Of a DNA stretch of 64,000 nucleotides, positions 61,003-64,000 are shown one piece after another; positions within the stretch are counted from its first letter, which is position 1, and each line of letters begins with the position of its first letter. The notes beneath the pieces are model-generated. The model was not told where the DNA came from. It was given only the letters and a program-made list of their open reading frames with translations, and ran no database searches. Source of the DNA: Rhizobiales bacterium 63-22 (GTDB lineage: Bacteria; Pseudomonadota; Alphaproteobacteria; Rhizobiales; Rhizobiaceae); NCBI GenBank assembly GCA_001898995.1, contig MKVZ01000004.1:109115-173114 (forward strand). The letters are read 5' to 3'. Both the position numbers and the translations under genes were made by a program.

Positions 61003-62493
61003 ATGTCCCATTTCTCGCATGACGATACCGCCTTCACGCCGGACGACGACACGCTGCACGAAGAATGCGGCGTGTTCGGCATTCTGGGCCACGAGGACGC
61101 CGCGGCTCTGACGGCGCTCGGCCTGCATGCGCTCCAGCATCGCGGGCAGGAAGCCGCAGGCATCGTTTCCTATCACAAGGGCCGCTTCCATTCCGAACGC
61201 CATATGGGCCTCGTCGGCGACCATTTCACCGATCCCGCCACGCTGGGCCGCCTGCCCGGCGACCGCGCCATGGGCCATGTGCGCTATTCCACCACCGGCG
61301 AGACCATCCTGCGCAACGTGCAGCCGCTGTTCGCCGAACTGGAGGTGGGCGGCATCGCCATCGCGCATAACGGCAATTTCACCAACGGCATCACGCTGCG
61401 CAAGCAGCTGATCGCGTCGGGCGCGATCTTTCAGGCCACCTCCGACACGGAAGTGGTGCTGCACATGATCGCCCGCTCGCGCTTTCCCTCCTCGTCCGAC
61501 CGTTTTGTCGATGCGATCCGGCAGGTCGAGGGCGGCTACGCCATGCTGGCGCTGACCCGCACCAAGCTCATCGCCGCGCGCGATCCCATCGGCATCCGCC
61601 CGCTCGTCATGGGCGAACTGGACGGCAAGCCGATCTTCTGCTCGGAGACCTGCGCGCTCGACATCATCGGCGCGAAATATGTCCGCGACGTCGAGAACGG
61701 CGAAGTGGTGATCTGCGAGATCCAGAAGGACGGCTCCATCACCACCAAGGCGATCAAGCCGGAAAAGCCGCAGCCCGAACGGCTGTGCCTGTTCGAATAT
61801 GTCTATTTCGCGCGGCCCGATTCGGTGGTCGGCGGACGCAGCGTCTATGTGGCGCGCAAGAACATGGGCATGAACCTCGCAGGCGAAGCGCCAGTCGCGG
61901 CCGACGTGGTCGTGCCGGTGCCGGACGGCGGCACGCCGGCGGCGCTCGGCTTCGCGCAGGCGAGCGGCATTCCGTTCGAATACGGCATCATCCGCAACCA
62001 TTATGTGGGCCGCACCTTCATCGAGCCGACGCAGCAGATCAGGGCGCTCGGCGTCAAGCTGAAGCATTCGGCCAACCGCGCCATGATCGAGGGCAAGCGC
62101 GTGGTGCTGGTGGACGATTCCATCGTGCGCGGCACCACCTCGGTCAAGATCGTGCAGATGATCCGCGACGCGGGCGCGACGGAAGTGCATCTGCGCGTCG
62201 CGAGCCCGATGATCTACCATCCGGATTTCTACGGCATCGACACGCCGCACGCCGACAAGCTGCTCGCCAACCAGCATGACAGCCTCGAATCCATGTGCCG
62301 CTATATCGGCGCGGATTCGCTGGCCTTCCTGTCCATCGACGGGCTTTACAAGGCGGTCGGCGGCAAGCCGCGCGATCCGAAAGCGCCGGCCTTCACGGAC
62401 CACTATTTCACCGGAGAATATCCGACCCGCCTTCTCGATCAGGAAGGCGAGAGCAATATTCACACGCTGTCGCTGCTGGCCAGCAACGGCTGA
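61003..62493 (+). CDS. purF: Amidophosphoribosyltransferase
   Basis: EECGVFG, LQHRGQE, GHVRYST, HNGN, ARDP.GIRPL, VLVDDSIVRGTT. Confidence 0.98.
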   Translation: MSHFSHDDTAFTPDDDTLHEECGVFGILGHEDAAALTALGLHALQHRGQEAAGIVSYHKGRFHSERHMGLVGDHFTDPATLGRLPGDRAMGHVRYSTTGETILRNVQPLFAELEVGGIAIAHNGNFTNGITLRKQLIASGAIFQATSDTEVVLHMIARSRFPSSSDRFVDAIRQVEGGYAMLALTRTKLIAARDPIGIRPLVMGELDGKPIFCSETCALDIIGAKYVRDVENGEVVICEIQKDGSITTKAIKPEKPQPERLCLFEYVYFARPDSVVGGRSVYVARKNMGMNLAGEAPVAADVVVPVPDGGTPAALGFAQASGIPFEYGIIRNHYVGRTFIEPTQQIRALGVKLKHSANRAMIEGKRVVLVDDSIVRGTTSVKIVQMIRDAGATEVHLRVASPMIYHPDFYGIDTPHADKLLANQHDSLESMCRYIGADSLAFLSIDGLYKAVGGKPRDPKAPAFTDHYFTGEYPTRLLDQEGESNIHTLSLLASNG

Positions 62494-62527
62494 CCGATCT
62501 CCCTTGCAAGGCACATCGAGGACAGGC

Positions 62528-63268
62528 ATGGACATCGACCTGACGGGCCGGCTGGCGCTTGTGACGGGCGCATCGCGCGGCATCGGCTATTTTCTCTCGC
62601 TGGAACTGGCGAAGCGCGGCGCGCATGTGATCGCCGTCGCCCGCACCGTAGGCGGCCTTGAGGAACTGGACGACGATATCCGCAAGGCGGGCGGCGCGGC
62701 GACGCTGGTGCCGCTCGACATTACCGACATGGCGGCCATCGACCGGCTCGGCGGCTCGATCCATGAGCGCTGGGGCAAGCTCGATATCATGGTGGCCAAT
62801 GCCGGCGTGCTGGGCGTGATCTCGCCCATCGGCCATGTCGAGGCCAAGACCTTCGACAAGGTGATGAACGTCAACGTCACCAGCGTATGGCGGCTGATCC
62901 GCTCCACCGATCCGTTGCTGCGCCTGTCGGATGCCGGGCGCGCGATCCTGCTTTCTTCCGGCGCGGCGCATTCCTGCCGCGCCTTCTGGGGGCCTTACGC
63001 CGCTTCCAAGGCGGCGGTGGAGGTTTTGGCGCGGTGCTGGGCGGAAGAGGCGAAGCAGACGAAGCTCCGCGTCAATTCGGTCAATCCCGGCGCGACCCGC
63101 ACCGCCATGCGCGCGCAGGCCATGCCGGGCGAAGACCCCGAAACCCTGCCCACGCCGCAGTCCGTGGCGGAAAAGATCGTCAGGCTCGCCGATCCGGCGC
63201 TCGACGTCACCGGCAAGCTGTTCGACGTGCGCAAGGACCGCTTTCTCGACTATCATCTGCCGGATTAG
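62528..63268 (+). CDS. SDR-family oxidoreductase (YciK-like)
   Basis: TGASRGIG, ANAG, YAASK, NPG.TRT.MRAQAMPGEDP. Confidence 0.92.
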   Translation: MDIDLTGRLALVTGASRGIGYFLSLELAKRGAHVIAVARTVGGLEELDDDIRKAGGAATLVPLDITDMAAIDRLGGSIHERWGKLDIMVANAGVLGVISPIGHVEAKTFDKVMNVNVTSVWRLIRSTDPLLRLSDAGRAILLSSGAAHSCRAFWGPYAASKAAVEVLARCWAEEAKQTKLRVNSVNPGATRTAMRAQAMPGEDPETLPTPQSVAEKIVRLADPALDVTGKLFDVRKDRFLDYHLPD

Positions 63269-63368
63269 AGCGCGTTTCGATCTGATTGAATCAGATCGGC
63301 GCTCTAATTACTTGTTTTTACGCGCATCTTATCCAAAAACCGTTTCACACTTTTTGGGATGCGCTCTA
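63266..63368. repeat. Palindromic repeat copy 8
   Basis: TAGAGCGC...GATCTGATTGAATCAGATC..GCGCTCTA, linker, GCGCATC...AAAAACCGTTTCACACTTTTT..GATGCGCTCTA. The first TAG is the SDR stop. Confidence 0.87.
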
Positions 63369-63456
63369 AAATACGGAATAGCGGCTGAAGCATTGAAAAC
63401 TCCAGCCGCCCTGTATGCCCGGATGTGTTCGGGCCGCGATTGCGGCCCGCTTGTCT

Positions 63457-64000
63457 TTACATCCCCATCGCGGCCCGCTGCGTCTTTCCGGCGGGCGAGT
63501 CGGCGCTCGGCAGAACGATCACGCGGTTGTTCGCGACGAAGTAATAGATGATGCCGGCCAGCGGCGCGCCGATGAACCAGCCGAAGTCCTTGATCTCGGA
63601 GAAGACCGGCAGCAGCGCAACGCTGAGCGAGACGATCGCCGAGGGAATGAGCGCATAAAGCGCGTATTGGCTCACGCCCTTGTTGTAATAGTAGATCGAC
63701 TCCGGCGTCGGCAGATACATGTCCCGGATGCTGAACTTCTGCTTGCGCACCAGATAGTAATCGACCACGAGGATTCCGAAGAACGGTCCGAGCAGCGCGC
63801 CCAGACTTCCAAGGAAATAGCCGACGATCACCGGGTTGTTGAAGTAGTTCCACGGCGTGACGACGATGGAGACCAGAGCGGTGATCAGGCCGCCGGTGCG
63901 GAAGCTGATCCGGCGCGGGTTGATGTTGGAGATATCGAACGCGGCGGAGACGAAATTGGCCACGATGTTGACGCCGATGGTCGCGAACACGAAGGCGATC
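63457..64000 (-). CDS. NCS1-family nucleobase:cation symporter, 3' part (gene begins beyond the window)
   Basis: NIVANFVS.AFD.SN..PR.I.FR.GG, PW, LG.LLGP..GI...DYY motifs. Confidence 0.9.
   Translation of the reverse strand, partial: IAFVFATIGVNIVANFVSAAFDISNINPRRISFRTGGLITALVSIVVTPWNYFNNPVIVGYFLGSLGALLGPFFGILVVDYYLVRKQKFSIRDMYLPTPESIYYYNKGVSQYALYALIPSAIVSLSVALLPVFSEIKDFGWFIGAPLAGIIYYFVANNRVIVLPSADSPAGKTQRAAMGM

Overview
GC-rich alphaproteobacterial chromosome segment (Hyphomicrobiales). The gene order smc-dsbA-dciA / mutY / ccrM / thrC / bpdA-like / rnhA-thrB-ispH / aa3 cox cluster / tldD / gmk-yicC-mltG-fabF-acpP-fabG-fabD / rpsF-rpsR-rplI-cfa-dnaB-radA-cvpA-purF matches what I recall of Brucella/Ochrobactrum chromosome I. 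Most of it is housekeeping backbone. No rRNA, tRNA, CRISPR array, transposase or integrase was seen. Four blocks look accessory: GT25 + O-antigen-ligase-like (5.6-7.6 kb), leuA-AraC-ClC (10.9-15.8 kb), GNAT + DUF1203 (27-28.1 kb), and two stacked LysR/oxidoreductase cassettes between tldD and gmk (40.4-45.8 kb). The most unusual item is a 234-bp duplication of the gmk 3' end (43076-43309 vs 45787-46020). It has 9 differences, all synonymous, and flanks a 2.5-kb integrase-less LysR/nitroreductase/PecM-like cassette. The displaced copy remains an open 84-codon ORF coupled to the LysR stop. Other notable signals: eight copies of a ~104-bp two-hairpin palindromic repeat (Bru-RS/RIME-like) that abut or supply stop codons and usually carry a CcrM GAATC site; a candidate Leu leader-peptide attenuator upstream of leuA; and clusters of GANTC sites upstream of dnaB and mltG. 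All counts were made by eye and no database searches were run.
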